From Podarcis vaucheri (Eukaryota): a stretch of DNA of 64,000 nucleotides. Within the stretch, counting starts at the first letter, position 1. Every line of letters starts with the position of its first letter. Below the pieces are notes generated by a model. It was not told the DNA's origin. It made no database searches and saw nothing but the letters and a program-made list of their open reading frames with translations. Where the stretch lies: the NCBI GenBank assembly GCA_965113315.1, contig OZ220374.1; one strand, 5' to 3'. Both the position numbers and the translations under genes were made by a program. Below are positions 26,853 to 40,612 of the stretch, one piece after another.

Positions 26853-27044
26853 CACTGCTAAAACAAGACGAAAACGTCTTGCGAGTCTTGCGATTTTTTT
26901 CACTCCCCCCCTTTTCTAAGCCGCTAAGCCGCTAATAGCCTTTTAGCCGCTAATCTGCTAAGCCTTTAATAGCCGCTAAACCGCTAATAGCGCTAATCCG
27001 CTAAGTCGCTAATAGGGTTGCTTCGCAAGACGAAAAAACCACTG
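26853..27044. mobile_element. Partial Tc1/mariner MITE with internal GCCGCTAA repeats
   Basis: Shares CAAGACG/CGTCTTGCG motifs with 27418-27671 and ends CCACTG|TA. Confidence 0.6.
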
Positions 27045-27417
27045 TATAAATAACCCTAACCTCTGCTAACTCAAGGGACAAAATAGCCCTACACCTACTG
27101 CCGAGTATGCCAGATGAGCCCCCAATGCTGTTAGAAAGTGAGGGTGCCACTTAGTCAAAGACATGCTTGAGTACCATGCATACCCACACGCACAGGCACA
27201 AAGATCTACAATCAAAAATCCAGTATACCATGCCTTAAAGCCAGGGAGTAATTTAATCTTCGACCCCTAGCGCATTTACCTGAGATTTCCATCTCAATAT
27301 ATACGCTTAGAAATGTGGTGAAAAAGACTTCTGACCTATTCTATCTTAAAGGTTCAGGACAGATGTGAAATAATAATAATGATAAAAATACACTAAATCA
27401 TATAAGGAATTCACTTA

Positions 27418-27671
27418 CAGTGGTGCCTCGCAAGACAAAAAGAATTCGTTCCGTGAGTCTTTTCGTCTTGCGATGTTTTTCGTCTTGCGAGGCACGGTCC
27501 GTCGCAACTGCGCCTCTTCAAGCGGCTTAAAAAAAAAAAGCGCAAGACATTTTTGTCTTGCAAAGCAAGCCCATAGGGAAATTCGTCTAGCGAAGCAACG
27601 CAAAAACGGAAAACCCTTTCGTCTAGTGAGTTTTCCGTCTTGCGAGGCATTCGTCTTGCGGGGCACCACTG
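27418..27671. mobile_element. Tc1/mariner MITE (CAGTGGTGCCTCGCAAGAC TIR)
   Basis: TA|CAGTGGTGCCTCGCAAGAC...GTCTTGCGGGGCACCACTG|TA; CpG-rich, so probably young. Confidence 0.9.
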
Positions 27672-28694
27672 TATTTATGGAACGGAATACTACAAAATGT
27701 GGTGGCCACTATTTTTGATGGCTTTTTGAAAGATTCCACAAATTTATAGGGGATAAACCTGTCTACGGCTGTTAGTTATCACAGCTCAATACAACTAGGG
27801 ATGCTTGAGGAATCTGATCTTTCTGAATTCTGATAGGAGCCAGCCTGACCTGTGCTCCCCCCAGACTAAGGTACAGATTGCAGTTTTGTTTGTTATCTGC
27901 TGGTTTTTGCACTTCCCAAACCTTGTGATGCAGTTCTTGGATTTTTTAGAAAAGTTCAAAATGTTAAAAAATGTGTACTTTGAGAGAAAACACGTATTTT
28001 GGAGATGCATATTTTGAGAGGAAATGCATTTCTGTGCATATTTTTTTTTCAAAAACAAAGATTGCAGAGAAACAGGACAGGACAGACTTATGGGTGAACC
28101 CACAGACTAGAAATTGACTGATTGAACAATTCAACAGCCATATAAAGAGATGCCTGTACACCTTATCTATTGTATTTTTATTATAATTGTCCGATATCCT
28201 TGCCTAAGCATAGATGTATATGAATCATTCACTGCCAGCACATTGCATTTTCCCATGTGAGTCTTGCACCTACCATTTGACTGCTTGAATAGTGAAATAT
28301 GGATTATTATCACAAATAATTTTCTCGTATCACTTATTATAGCTTGCTTCCCGTCATTAGATAGTCAAGGTGATATTGTAAGATAATGATCTATGACCGT
28401 AACTTCTCATAAACACATTATGGTTCAAATGAACAAATCAAACTCTGCAAAATGCTATCGTTTAAAATGCAACGGAGAATTGAATCCTTCTATATCAGAC
28501 ATTTGCAGTTTAGCTCCGTTCATTCTCATCATTTCTCTGCCCTATTCAGTATCTCCTCTCCTTCCCATCTCCCACCAATGGACTATTTCCACATGACTCT
28601 GATGTCCTCTGTTTCTTAAGGTCCAATCTCAAGCTCCTGTATCTGGGAGTAAGCCCCATTGAACACAGTGGGATTTACATCTGAGTAAGAAGAA

Positions 28695-29031
28695 GGGATG
28701 CGGTGGCACTGTGGGTTAAACCACAGAGCCTAGGTCAGCGGTTCGATTCCCCGCGACAGGGTGACCTCCCGTTGCTCAGTCCCTGCTCCTGCCAACCTAG
28801 CAGTTCAAAAGCACTTCAAAGTGCAAGTAGATAAATAGGTACCACTCCGGCGGGAAGGTAAACGGCGTTTCCGTGCACTGCTCTGGTTCACCAGAAGCGG
28901 CTTAGTCATGCTGGCCACATGACCTGGAAGCTGTACGCCGGCTCCCTCGGCCAGTAAAGCGAGATGAGCGCCGCAACCCCAGAGTCGGTCACGACTGGAC
29001 CTAATGGTCAGGGGTCCCTTTACCTTTACCT
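28695..29031 (+). mobile_element. Sauria SINE with small 5' deletion
   Basis: GGGATGCGGTGGCACTGTGGGTTAAACC...GGGGTCCCTTTACCTTTACCT. Confidence 0.95.
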
Positions 29032-30556
29032 TAAGAATGCACAAGATTATGCCTTTTCCACCACAGAGTTGCCTCTCCATACAGTATCTGAAATCCATTT
29101 ATCTGCTGTGCTTCACCACTCCACGTGTATACCATTTGTCGGCAATAGAATTCAAACTGACCGCAGCCCCAACTTCTCGAAACATTCTGAAGTAGGAATT
29201 TTAGCTTGCGGGGGTTGATGGAGAAGATGTCACTTTTCATAAGCTGAATGCTCATGACAATTGAAAGTACTCCTATGTTAAGTGGGTCTGTTTGCGATAA
29301 TGCAGTGTGTCAGCACTGACCACTGAAATTGAAGGAAGGAACGTCCAGAAGACCTTGCTGGGCAGTATCCAGGTTCTCTAAGATTATTGGCGAAATCTTT
29401 AGGTCTGATTGTGGTTAACCCTCAAGGAAAGGTTCGTTATATTGTTATATTGTGCAGAATATATTATTATGGAAAATGCTTTACTACAATGTCTTCCCCA
29501 TAGGGCTTGGCCACTCATGTTTTGTGCTAACGGGCCATTTGGCTCCTTTAGGACAAGCTTGGAATATGAGTCATATCTACCAGTCTGTGTGTCGCAAACT
29601 AGCGCATGAATGCCCTTCTGATAGCTGTCTGTAGTTGGCTGACATTTATTTTGCTGGACTCTCTTACTTTAGGTTGATCTCAGCTGCTGTCTGGGGGTAG
29701 TTCTCCTTCCTGCCAGTCTCTTTTGCTAACCTTGTCCTCATTATTTACCAAATGGCACGCTGACACATAACCAAAAGAGACACATGCATGCTTGCCAACT
29801 TCTGTGGTTTTATGTCAAGACTTAAAGTCTTAAGTGTTTTAGTAGCCCCATCTGATAAAATCATGACATACTCTGCTTCCACTTATTAAAAAGTATATTT
29901 TTAGCCTGTGTGGTGTCAGAGAAAAGATTTACAGCATGATTGCAGTGCACCCTAAAGGCCTGGAATCAGAAGGTACATAAAAACAAGCCCATGTTATTTT
30001 TAAGCCTGTCATATGGTGGAGAAGGCTGAGTTATGATGTCTGAACATTTGTGGTTGACAATCGCATGCATTCCAGTTCCTGATTAGGAACCCAAGGCAAG
30101 CAAAAAGAATGCCAACCAGCCGAAAGACTAAGATGCTCACAAGAATAGCAATAAATTACCATTCGTTTATAAAGAGCAGTCAAGTGCCCTTTGAAATGGC
30201 TTTGCAGCCGTGGCTGGCAACAAGTTTTCATCAGAATTCAGATCTGGACTGTGGAAGAGTTAGAGGAGAGGTAGCCTTGTCTCCACCCACTGACACACTC
30301 TCATACAAGAGGGGACGTGGGGAAAGGATTTATGATGCGCCTTAGGGTCCCCGAGACCCTTTAATCCTCTGTCCTCCCTGATGAAACTATATGGGAAATT
30401 GCTGAAGAGCTCTTTGCTTGCCCAGGAAAAAGCAGCTGAATTGTAGAATTCAATATGGCAAGCCTGGAATGGGATTCTCTTTCGTTTTCAATGTGTGAGT
30501 CCTTTGGCATTGGTGGAACATCTGAAGCCACTTGGACTAATTTGGGTTTTGCATGT

Positions 30557-30913
30557 GGGACACATGGGTGGCACTGAGGTCTAAGCCACAGAGCCTAGGG
30601 CTTGCCGATCAGGAGGTCGGCGGTTCAAATCCCCGCGACGGGGTGAGCTCCCATTGTTGGGTCCCAATTCCTGCCAACCTAGCAGTTTGAAAGCACGTCA
30701 AAGTGCAAGTAGATAAATAGGTACCGCTCCGGCGGGAAGGTAAACAGCATTTCCGTGCGCTGCTCTGGTTCGCCAGAAGCGGCTTAGTCATGCTGGCCAC
30801 ATGACCCGGAAGCTGTGCGCCGGCTCCCTCGGCCAATAAAGCAAGATGAGCGCCGCAACCCCAGAGTCGTCTGCGACTGGACCTAATGGTCAGGGGTCCC
30901 TTTACCTTTACCT
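30557..30913 (+). mobile_element. Sauria SINE, full length
   Basis: tRNA head with GGTTCAAATCCCC B box and (ACCTTT) tail. Confidence 0.95.
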
Positions 30914-33211
30914 ATGCCGGGCTCTAGTCTTCTCCATGGGATTATGATTTGGTAGCTTACTCTCTAAAGGGGGCAGCTCCTCCTTGTATCTAGTGCAGCT
31001 CAGCAGAGGCCTAGAGGCCTTACTTCATGAAAGGAAAAGGAAACACAGTCAGTGGGAGTGAGATGTGAGATCTTGCACTGGAAGCATCTTCCAAAGTTCT
31101 GGAGAGAAGCTAAGATGGGTTTTTAAAAAAATAAAAATAAAGAAAAAATGAACAAATAACCCGAGGAGAGGTCTACCAATGGCTTCTAGCAATGATAGTA
31201 AAATGGAATCCTTGTGTTCAATGATAGGGTGTCTCTAACACCATATGATGAAGAACAAGCATTATGGGATGCTTGTTACATTTGCTTATAAGCTTCCAGA
31301 TTGTTGCCCTCCCCCAGTTGGAAACAGAACTAGATCAGCCTTCACCCGCTTTGTGCCCTCCAGATGTCTAGAATACCGCTCTCATCCGCTCTGGTCATGT
31401 TGGTGGGGCTGATGGGACCTGGAGTTGTTTTGATATAGTCTTTTACTCTACCATTTCCCCTTTTTGTTACCATGTCTGTGAGTATATGTGAATGCAGGCG
31501 ATTTGCTCTGTTTTTTCAACGTGGCATATTCTACGTACCCGCAGTGCTAACACACAAACATACAAAAGCAGGCCTGAGTCAACAGCGTTTCTAAACAACA
31601 GCGCACAGTGGAACATTAATGCATCTTCTAAGCTCCACAGCTACAATTTCCAGATCCCCTTACTTCCAGCTACCATGGATGACTTGGCCACTTGGCTGCG
31701 TCTCTCATCTAGAGCCCTCCAAGGTTAGAAGTTGCCCCTCGCTCCCCCCAGCCCGGCTTCTGCATTCGACTGCTGTACGGAAGACATGAATGCATCCCAT
31801 TGTGAGCTGCGCTGCCGTGAGGAAGAGGTGAACTAAAGAAGAGCCTTACTGCTGGGGTGGGTAATGGCAATCCTGCTCTTGCAGCAAACCCCCGCTAAGC
31901 AATCCACAGAATGACACTGATGGTTGCTCCGGAGGGAGTCACTTACCCTCCATGCTAGAGGTAAGATGCCAGATAAGCAGTAGCCTGTAAAAAAGGATTT
32001 AGAAAAAGAGAGAAAACCAGGGGGAAAGATTAAGATAATTTTGCCTTCCACGTTACATCCATCACATAACCCAATGTCAGTATCTATTCCATTGTTCAAG
32101 TACCTGACACAAACTTCCATTTCTATCTTCTCCATGCAAGCGCTTCTTTCATTTGAAAAGTTGCCTACCTCTCGCGGTTTTATAATAAACTGGAAGTGAG
32201 TAACAGTATGATATCAAAGGAAATAAAACTCCAGTTGCAATTGCTGCTGGGGTTTGCCTTCTGAATGTGGCTCCTACAATATTTCATCTGGGCTGACACC
32301 TTTCACTCTCAATTATTTGGCTGCTGTCAAAACAAATCAATCAAATTACAGCGTAGTGTGTCTTCATGTTACTGTTCCATTGTACGTTGGCTGCATTAGC
32401 TCTGAAATATATGGAACTCTAAATTTTTATCTCTATTATTTATTTAATGCAACTTTTCCCTTGTGAGGTGGCTCACAAACATAGGAAACTCAAATTAGTT
32501 CATGTCAAATGTTCAATATACACACACATATCTATATGTATATGAAAAAGACTGCTCAGAAAATCTAAAATAGCAACATACATGAGGATGTTATTGCATT
32601 AAAAATGATAGATATCTTGGTCTCTCTAGATTAACTGTTTCAGATGCATTGTGCAATTTTTAAAAATGAAAACAGGTAAAAGAGAAGATGTGCATTAAAA
32701 TTAATCACAAAGTTTTGAGAAGTGTTGCTTATATTTCCAGGATAAAAAGATGTGAAATGAACACACCCAAACGTTTTTCAAAACAATAAATTTTGTGAAC
32801 AAAACATTTTAAAGCTTTAATGCAGCGTCCTACACAATGGTGCTGTCAGCGACAGTAATGGATCATTTTGGTAAACAGCAGACAAAGGCTCAGGTTTTGC
32901 TGAATGAATTCAGAATATTTTGATGGCACTTTAGCCACTGCAATGGGTATAATTTTGTCAGGACAACACAGTATTTCTATCTGTCTGTCTTAAGCTTTAT
33001 GCTGGTTTTGCTGCTAAGGCTTCCCTGACAGGATCAATTTGTAGGAACTGTAGCTTAGTGAGGGTGCTGAGATTTCATTTTTTTAAAAAAAGTTACAATC
33101 TCCCCACACAGAACTACAATTTCCAGTCCTCACAGGGGAAAAGGAATGACAGCATTAGACCTGAATCTAAACAAAAATACGCAGAGCAACACATCCGATC
33201 AGCAAAATGTT

Positions 33212-33212
<1 letters not shown>

Positions 33213-33254
<42 letters not shown>
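33213..33254. repeat. (GT)n microsatellite
   Basis: Direct reading. Confidence 0.95.
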
Positions 33255-33256
<2 letters not shown>

Positions 33257-34853
33257 CTAGGACTGCACAGGCACAACCTAGCTATGGGGTTGTGGGATGA
33301 CTTTATCACACGATTCTCCATTTGTTTAGCTCCGCAACAGCCCCAAACTGGATCAGAAAGGCTCAAGTGCAAATCTGGCAACCCAGATCTACTGCAAACA
33401 CAATAAAAGCAGTGGGGGAACAGCGTAACTGGGAGGAAGAGAGTTGTGGGCAAAAACATTGTGCTCTCTCTCCTCTGCACAGCCCATCCAGTGCAGCCTT
33501 CTTCCAGCATAGCAAGCAGTTGCCTGACTGGGGGGAAGCAGCTGGGGAAGTGAAATGTAGAGGAGAAGTGGCAGGCATGGAAAGGGTTAAGCCACACTCC
33601 CCTACATGCACTTCTGCCTTCCAAATCCTGCCCCTTCCCTTCACCACTTTTCAGATGCTCAGCAAGACCCACACTCCCAGTCCTCCATCTCCTGCTCACC
33701 ATCTTGGCTGCCTTGCAGGCTGCCCAAACATGGAAGAAGCCTGCGCACCAAGCGGATTTGGAAGCATATTTTCGAAATGGGACACCACACAGACATGAAA
33801 CATAGTGGGACGGTCACATATGCTAAAATATATTGTGCCTATTTTAAAATGACAGTAATTAACAAGGGAAGCAATCCCCGGGTGTGAAATATGGCTATGA
33901 GATGAAAAAGGCTAGCAATATATGCTACAAATGAGCAAATTACAGAAAATGTGGGCTCATCATAGGCTGTGTACAGACTGCTGTTTACTCTGGCTCCCAA
34001 GCACTCCCACCATAGAAATATGATGTGAGCCACAACCCACCTCCATCCCGTAGTTTGATGCTTTCCCCCATCAATCAAGCTTCAATCTGTAAGGAAAACA
34101 TAAGCCACAGGCACTTGGTGGTGAAGCTAAGGTGAGCACATTTCAGGCAGCCATTGCTCAGGTGCAGATGCCCACAAATGCCCAGATGACAACTTCATGA
34201 ATAGGAGTTTGGCGGTGGTGCCAGTGCAGGCAAACCAAACGGGTAATGCGCATTGAGTGAAAGCATCCCTGCCCTCTCTATCTGGTGTGCACAGCAGTGT
34301 GCAACTGTGGGGAAAGCAACCTTGCTGAGTTTTAAGCCACTAATGTATACATGGTCTTAAACAAGAAATGTGAAAATGCTCAGCAGTATCAGTTAAGCAG
34401 CACCAAGAAACTATGCCATGCAAGAGGGGTGAAGCAGTGTGCATTCCTGGCCTGGAAGAACAATTCTTTTATACACCATAGAGATAGTGCCCAAACAGTG
34501 TGTGTTGCAGTAAGTGACAACTTAAGCATAGGTAATGTGCATCACATTAATCTGAATTTCAGCCCTAAGTAAAATGCAGGGCAGGTTCCAAAGATTAGGA
34601 CTGTGAGCATAAAGGGGCTCTCTGAGTAGCAGGACCACCATCACCCTGCTTGCTTTGGAAAGTGAGGGAGGCTTGCCATACGTCAGGGAAATTCCTGACA
34701 TGTCCTGGTGTTCAGGTGTGAAAATGGCTGGGGGGGCATATCCCCCCCAAAAGCTCAACAATTTGGGGTTTTTCCCCAATTTCGGTGGTTCGCTATAAGA
34801 AGCTCAACAATTTTGCGGGTCTCAGGAATTTTACTTTTTGAAATATGTAAGCC

Positions 34854-35258
34854 NNNNNNNNNNNNNNNNNNNNNNNNNNNNNNNNNNNNNNNNNNNNNNN
34901 NNNNNNNNNNNNNNNNNNNNNNNNNNNNNNNNNNNNNNNNNNNNNNNNNNNNNNNNNNNNNNNNNNNNNNNNNNNNNNNNNNNNNNNNNNNNNNNNNNNN
35001 NNNNNNNNNNNNNNNNNNNNNNNNNNNNNNNNNNNNNNNNNNNNNNNNNNNNNNNNNNNNNNNNNNNNNNNNNNNNNNNNNNNNNNNNNNNNNNNNNNNN
35101 NNNNNNNNNNNNNNNNNNNNNNNNNNNNNNNNNNNNNNNNNNNNNNNNNNNNNNNNNNNNNNNNNNNNNNNNNNNNNNNNNNNNNNNNNNNNNNNNNNNN
35201 NNNNNNNNNNNNNNNNNNNNNNNNNNNNNNNNNNNNNNNNNNNNNNNNNNNNNNNNNN
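34854..35258. other. N-run, 405 nt
   Basis: Direct reading. Left flank carries a duplicated AGCTCAACAATTT motif and looks transposon-derived. Confidence 0.98.
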
Positions 35259-36325
35259 TAGTACAGGCCCCTGAAATGAACCTTTGCCCTTTTTAGACCC
35301 CAGACTGAATTTGGATTACCAGGGACTGAGATGTCTATCATGGAGTCTCCTGGAGCCTCAGAAAAGTGGCATACAATTTTTAATAGAAATAAATAAAATA
35401 CTGAAAGCAACCCAAGGAAGCCCATGGGACCTCAGTTCCCATGGAGCTTAAACATGCTTAACTTTCTAGTGAAAGCAGCCCACAGATACAGAAATTTGCA
35501 ACATGCAATGGCAGGGGGGGAAACGTGAGCAGTTTGGATGACGGGGGTGGGGTGAGAGAGAAAGAAAAGAAACTGCATGTAAAATCAGGCAATATTTCCC
35601 TTCTCGTTTCCTGCACCTGCCACTCAAGTTCACTCTTGTGATCCGTAATGCCACTGGAATACCTTAGTGGAAAAATCCTCTGCATGTTTTGATCCCAACG
35701 TATTACTCCACTACGATGTTACAGCAACAAAAGTGTGTGTGTGTGAAGGGAAGAACACTGCAGTTGTAATGGATAGAAGGACAACAGTAGCTTCCACCTA
35801 GAGCCAGAGAGCACACAAGCCTTTACATGTCGTCGTCTCCTCCTCTGAAAATGACTCTATAAATATCTCTGCTTCACCTCAGCGTTGATGTGGCCGCAGG
35901 AGACGATTACCCAGGGGCAACACTTGCTCCTGGCTTTCTCCCAGTGCTAAACTATTTACAATTCATGCACTTCATTTGGGAGCCTCCAGTTAAATTAATG
36001 CGCCACCGCTTTGAAAAGACTATTATATGCATACAGGGAGGCACTCAAGACCCCTTTTGGCATTTCAAAGTATACGAGCCGCAGAATGTTTTTCCGTTTT
36101 TGTTTCAAAGTGTCCCTAAGAAATGCATTGAGAACTTTTTGTAACCCTCCCTCCTCAAGTTCTATTGATTTTATGGTAACAAATATTCAGAGGAATTACT
36201 TGATATTAATTTATCTGCTGGAAACTCTTGACTGTACATGAAGCCAATGCTTCTTAAAATACAAAACAGACCTCCTTAGGAAAGGAAAATCCTCTCCATG
36301 GCCCCAGCCAGATTTCTACAAACTT

Positions 36326-36336
36326 GTATGTATGTA

Positions 36337-36377
<41 letters not shown>
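36326..36377. repeat. (TATG)n(TG)n microsatellite
   Basis: Direct reading. Confidence 0.9.
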
Positions 36378-36380
<3 letters not shown>

Positions 36381-36564
36381 AAGCTGGTTCACAGGTTAAT
36401 TTCACATTGTTTCACATAAGGATTCTTGGCAGATTTTTTTAATGAATCAAAGTGGTTATGCACAAAAGAAATGGGCAACTGCCTCAGAAATGGTAACTTG
36501 TTCTTTGCCAAGGCTGCAAGACATACAAATGGTGCTCATTTGTGGGTTTCGGAATGCAGTATCA

Positions 36565-36879
36565 GGTGGTGCTGTGGTCTAAACCACAGAGCCTAGGGCT
36601 TGCCAGTCGGAAGGTCGGTGGTTTGAATCCCCACGACGGGGTGAGCTCCCGTTGCTCAGTCCCAATTCCTGCCAACCTAGCAGTTTGAAAGCACGTCAAA
36701 GTGCAAGTAGAAGGTAAACGGTATTTCCGTGCGCTGCTCTGGTTTCGCCAGAAGTGGCTTAGTCATGCTGGCCACGTGGTCCAGAAAAACTGTCTGCAGA
36801 CAAATGTCGGCTCCCTCGGCAAGTAAAGTCCAGAGTCGTCTGCAACTGGACTTAACTGTCAGGGGTCCTTTACCTTTAC
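36565..36879 (+). mobile_element. Sauria SINE with internal deletions
   Basis: Family features; lacks the ATAAATAGGTACC block and the GAGATGAGCGCCGCAA block. Confidence 0.92.
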
Positions 36880-39129
36880 AGTCTCTACAAAAAGGATGCA
36901 CAGAGAAAGCAAGGATAACATCTCTTGGCAATGTAACACATGCTTTTGGTAAACCTCAGGTAAGCATAACCCATGACCCATCACAGCATGTGTGATGTCC
37001 CTCTACTGAAAAGCGGAGGAAACTGGTGTTTGATCTGTGAGGGCTCGTTTTGATTTCTGTTGTGTTTTTAGGACATGCAAGTTGATTTGGACAGGCTATG
37101 CCTATAAAAACAGCCTATAAATACCTTTATAATTGATAAATACAGTATAGGCAACCCCTGATTGGCACAGGGGGTGTGTTCCAAGTCATTGTGGGTGATG
37201 GCAGAGTGCCATTTCCACCATGTTATGCCCCCACCCAGTTCTCCCCCCTTTTCCGGCCACTTCTGTGTTGCTGTGATGTGTCAACTGGATGTGAGTAAAC
37301 TGCTCATTGCTTGCGCCGAGTCATATATTCAAATCACCACTTGCCATTACAGTAATAAAGGAATGGACGTATATGTGTAAAGCAGCTCAAAGCCAGCTAT
37401 GTGAGCTGGGACATCAGTATCGCAGTATTGTGGGTCCAACTTTGTGGAACCCCCTGCAGCTGAAGTCAGACAGCCTCCTAGCAGGCTTCTCAATTAAACT
37501 CTGATTTTATCTTTTCAACTCATTGCTGGTCTTACTGCATCAGATCACCTGTATACCACTTAGAGATGACTATGATGAAGCCATATCTAAATTGTTGAAA
37601 TAAGCAAATAAAATAAATTACAATCACCTAAACAAATAAGGGTTTTGAAGCCTTATTTTGATGCCTTATAAACATCATATTGTTTTCATTTATCCTCATC
37701 ATATACATATTGTATGTGCCTGTTATATGTGCTTAAGCCCATTGATTTTAATGGGGCAAAGCATACTTCTGTATCAGATTGTTGGTAGCCATTGATTTTA
37801 CTAAAACTTTACCATACCTGTCCTTCAGTTATGTGATATATAGTACTGCAGGGATTATATTATTTGCAGTTATGGCTCCAAAGTGAAATTACTATTGAGC
37901 ATAGTCCTTCTTCTTACTGTGTCATTCTTGTTTTGGTTATGGTAGTACCATGTAGATGTACCTGGGAATAAACTATTCCTCTAAGTGAAACATCATTTTG
38001 ATTATTACTGACATTGGTGCTCATTAAAATACATAACGGAAACACTGTTTTCTGTAGGCTCTGAAAGCTATTTCATGTAACTAGATGGGGAATACAAATG
38101 AATAGGGACTGCATCACTTTAGTTAAAAGAGAGAATGCCCTTCTGAGGGAAAAGGGGCTCTGGACTTTAGATCAGTAAGCAATTGAAGTTGGCACTTCAA
38201 CTGCGTCCCCTCCCCCCTCTTTGCCTAAAAAAGCCCAATACAGAAATGCATTAAATGAATTAATACAATTTTTAGATATTTTCTTGCAATCAAATTATAC
38301 AACTATGCTAAAAAATATTATGGCTTTTTTGCTGCTTTTTTAAAGGGCCAATTGGACCTCTAAGCAATTCAAGATTAAAGAAAGCCTCTTTCTAAAGTGT
38401 TATGATATATGAATAAATATCGGTCTGAAGAGTCTAATGGCCATCTTCTAGCTCCCAGTTCTTTTGCTGTTTAATGCACATGTTTAGCCATGAAATGATG
38501 CTTAAAATAACCTGCTTCTTCTTTTAAAAAAAGGAAATTTAAAGATCTAACAGTTTCAGAGGAAAGCAAGGTCTCATTTCAGCACAGCGACATTTCACTA
38601 ATGATAAGGGAAGACAATTGATTGTTATTGGCTGTAGGATCCATAGATGGGGAAACAAACTGAGAAACATTCAAAGTTTGGGAAATAAAATGTTAAGTTT
38701 TATGGTGTGATAATCTTTCAATGCTTGACACTGTTTGTCCATGGCTTCTGAAGAACAAATAAAAGTATCACACCCTAATAATAATAACCTCTCATACTTT
38801 GCAGGCTCAAATCTGGCGTTATGTAGTATAGATATCTATTTAATCCACAAGGCAGTAAGGAGAGGACTGGTTATCACCCTCCCTTCTCCTCAAGAAAACC
38901 AGGAATTGAGTGATGAAATAGAAGTGCAGAAAGGCCTTTGGGAACCGCTCCTCTGGACCTCACTCTCCGCAGCCCCGCACCGTACAGAATGCAGGGTGAA
39001 ATATTGACAGTCATTTATGAAGGATCTGGTGCTGGCTTTTTAAATATCCAGATATTTTATAGAAGGTGCAACATCACTTTTCTTCATGTCCAAGCTTCAT
39101 GATCTTCTCTTTTGCAGCTTCTAATGATG

Positions 39130-39486
39130 GTAAGGTAAGGTAAAGGGACCCCTGACCAGTAGGTCCAGTCGTGACCGACTCTGGGGTTCCAGCACTCATC
39201 TCGCTTTATTGGCCAAGGGAGCCGGCGTACAGCTTCCGGGTCATGTGGCCAGCATGACTAAGCCACTTCTGGCAAACCAGAGCAGCGCATGGAAACGCTG
39301 TTTACCTTCCCTCTGGAGTGGTACCTATTTATCTACTTGCACTTTGATGTGCTTTCAAACTGCTAGGTTGGCAGGAGCAGGGACCGAGCAATGGGAGCTC
39401 ACCCCGTCACGGGGATTCGAACTGCCGACCTTCTGATCGGCAAGTCCTAGGCTCTGTGGTTTAGCCCACAGCACCACCCGCGTCCC
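39130..39486 (-). mobile_element. Sauria SINE, full length
   Basis: Family features; short TSD AATGATG. Confidence 0.95.
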
Positions 39487-39948
39487 AATGATGTATAGTA
39501 GTTAAAGAGAAATCAAGGACAGCTAGGAATGCAGGACACACCTCTCTGTGAGGGTGGAGGCTGAACCCAGAGCTCTGCTTCAGAAGGGATACCGAGATGG
39601 AGTGTGTGTGTGTTCAAGATCACGACTGCCAGTCAGTCTAAAGGCCCGCCTCTTCCCCACCACTCAACTTGTACATTTAGAAATTAATGTACAAAACAAA
39701 ACAAACCTCCCAAGTCTCTACTATTCTCTTCTCTTAAGGAAACTGGCCCTGGAAGATTATTCCTGTGGCATCCTACGACTTGGGGACGGTGGTGGTAGAA
39801 TATTATCAGGGCTTGTGATTCCTGACACTCACCATAGCCATTCCCAGCCATCCTGGTTATTGTTTGCCAGGATATATTATTTCTTACCTCTTAACACTGC
39901 TTATAGAACAGCTTCTTAGAGGTTACTTTGTGGATTATGGAGAAAGCT

Positions 39949-40612
39949 AACTAAGACCATGACCATCACCTCCTGGCAAATAGAAGGGGAAGAAATGGAG
40001 GCAGTGAGAGATTTTACTTTCTTGGGTTCCATGATCACTGCAGATGGTGACAGCAGCCACGAAATTAAAAGACGCCTGCTTCTTGGGAGAAAGGCGATGG
40101 CAAACCTAGACAGCATCTTAAAAAGCAGAGACATCACCTTACCAACAAAGGTCCGTATAGTTAAAGCCATGGTTTTCCCAGTAGTGATGTATGGAAGTGA
40201 GAGCTGGACCATAAAGAAGGCTGATCGCCAAAGAATTGATGCTTTTGAATTATGGTGCTGGAGGAGACTCTTGAGAGTCCCATGGACTGCAAGAAGATCA
40301 AACCTATCCATTCTTCAGGAAATCAGCCCTGAGTGCTCACTGGAAGGACAGATCGTGAAGCTGAGGCTCCAATACTTTGGCCACCTCATGAGTAGAGAAG
40401 ACTCCCTGGAAAAGACCCTGATGTTGGGAAAGATTGAGGGCACAAGGAGAAGGGGACAACAGAGGATGAGATGGTTGGACAGTGTTTTCGAAGCTACCAA
40501 CATGAGTTTGACCAAGCTGTGGGAGGCAGTAGAAGACAGGAGTGCCTGGCATGCTGTGGTCCATGAGGTCACAAAGCGTCGGACACGACTAAACAACTAA
40601 ACAACAACAACA
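39949..40612 (+). mobile_element. BovB (RTE clade) LINE, 5'-truncated, uninterrupted C-terminal ORF
   Basis: ORF 39959..40600 (DFTFLGS, EIKRRLLLGRKAM, VFPVVMYGSESWT, IDAFELWCWRRLLRVPWTARRSN, YFGHLM, LEKTLMLGKIEG) is the BovB post-RT region; (CAA)n tail. Confidence 0.97.

Noticed and set aside
26915-27015. CRISPR-like repeat array
   Set aside because: Eukaryotic context, 8-nt degenerate units, no unique spacers and no cas genes.
33199-33887. Overlapping 158-167 aa ORFs on both strands
   Set aside because: GC-richer sequence and a GT repeat reduce stop frequency; no protein-family motif.
14055-35425. Long ORFs containing X-runs
   Set aside because: Artefacts of translating through N-runs.
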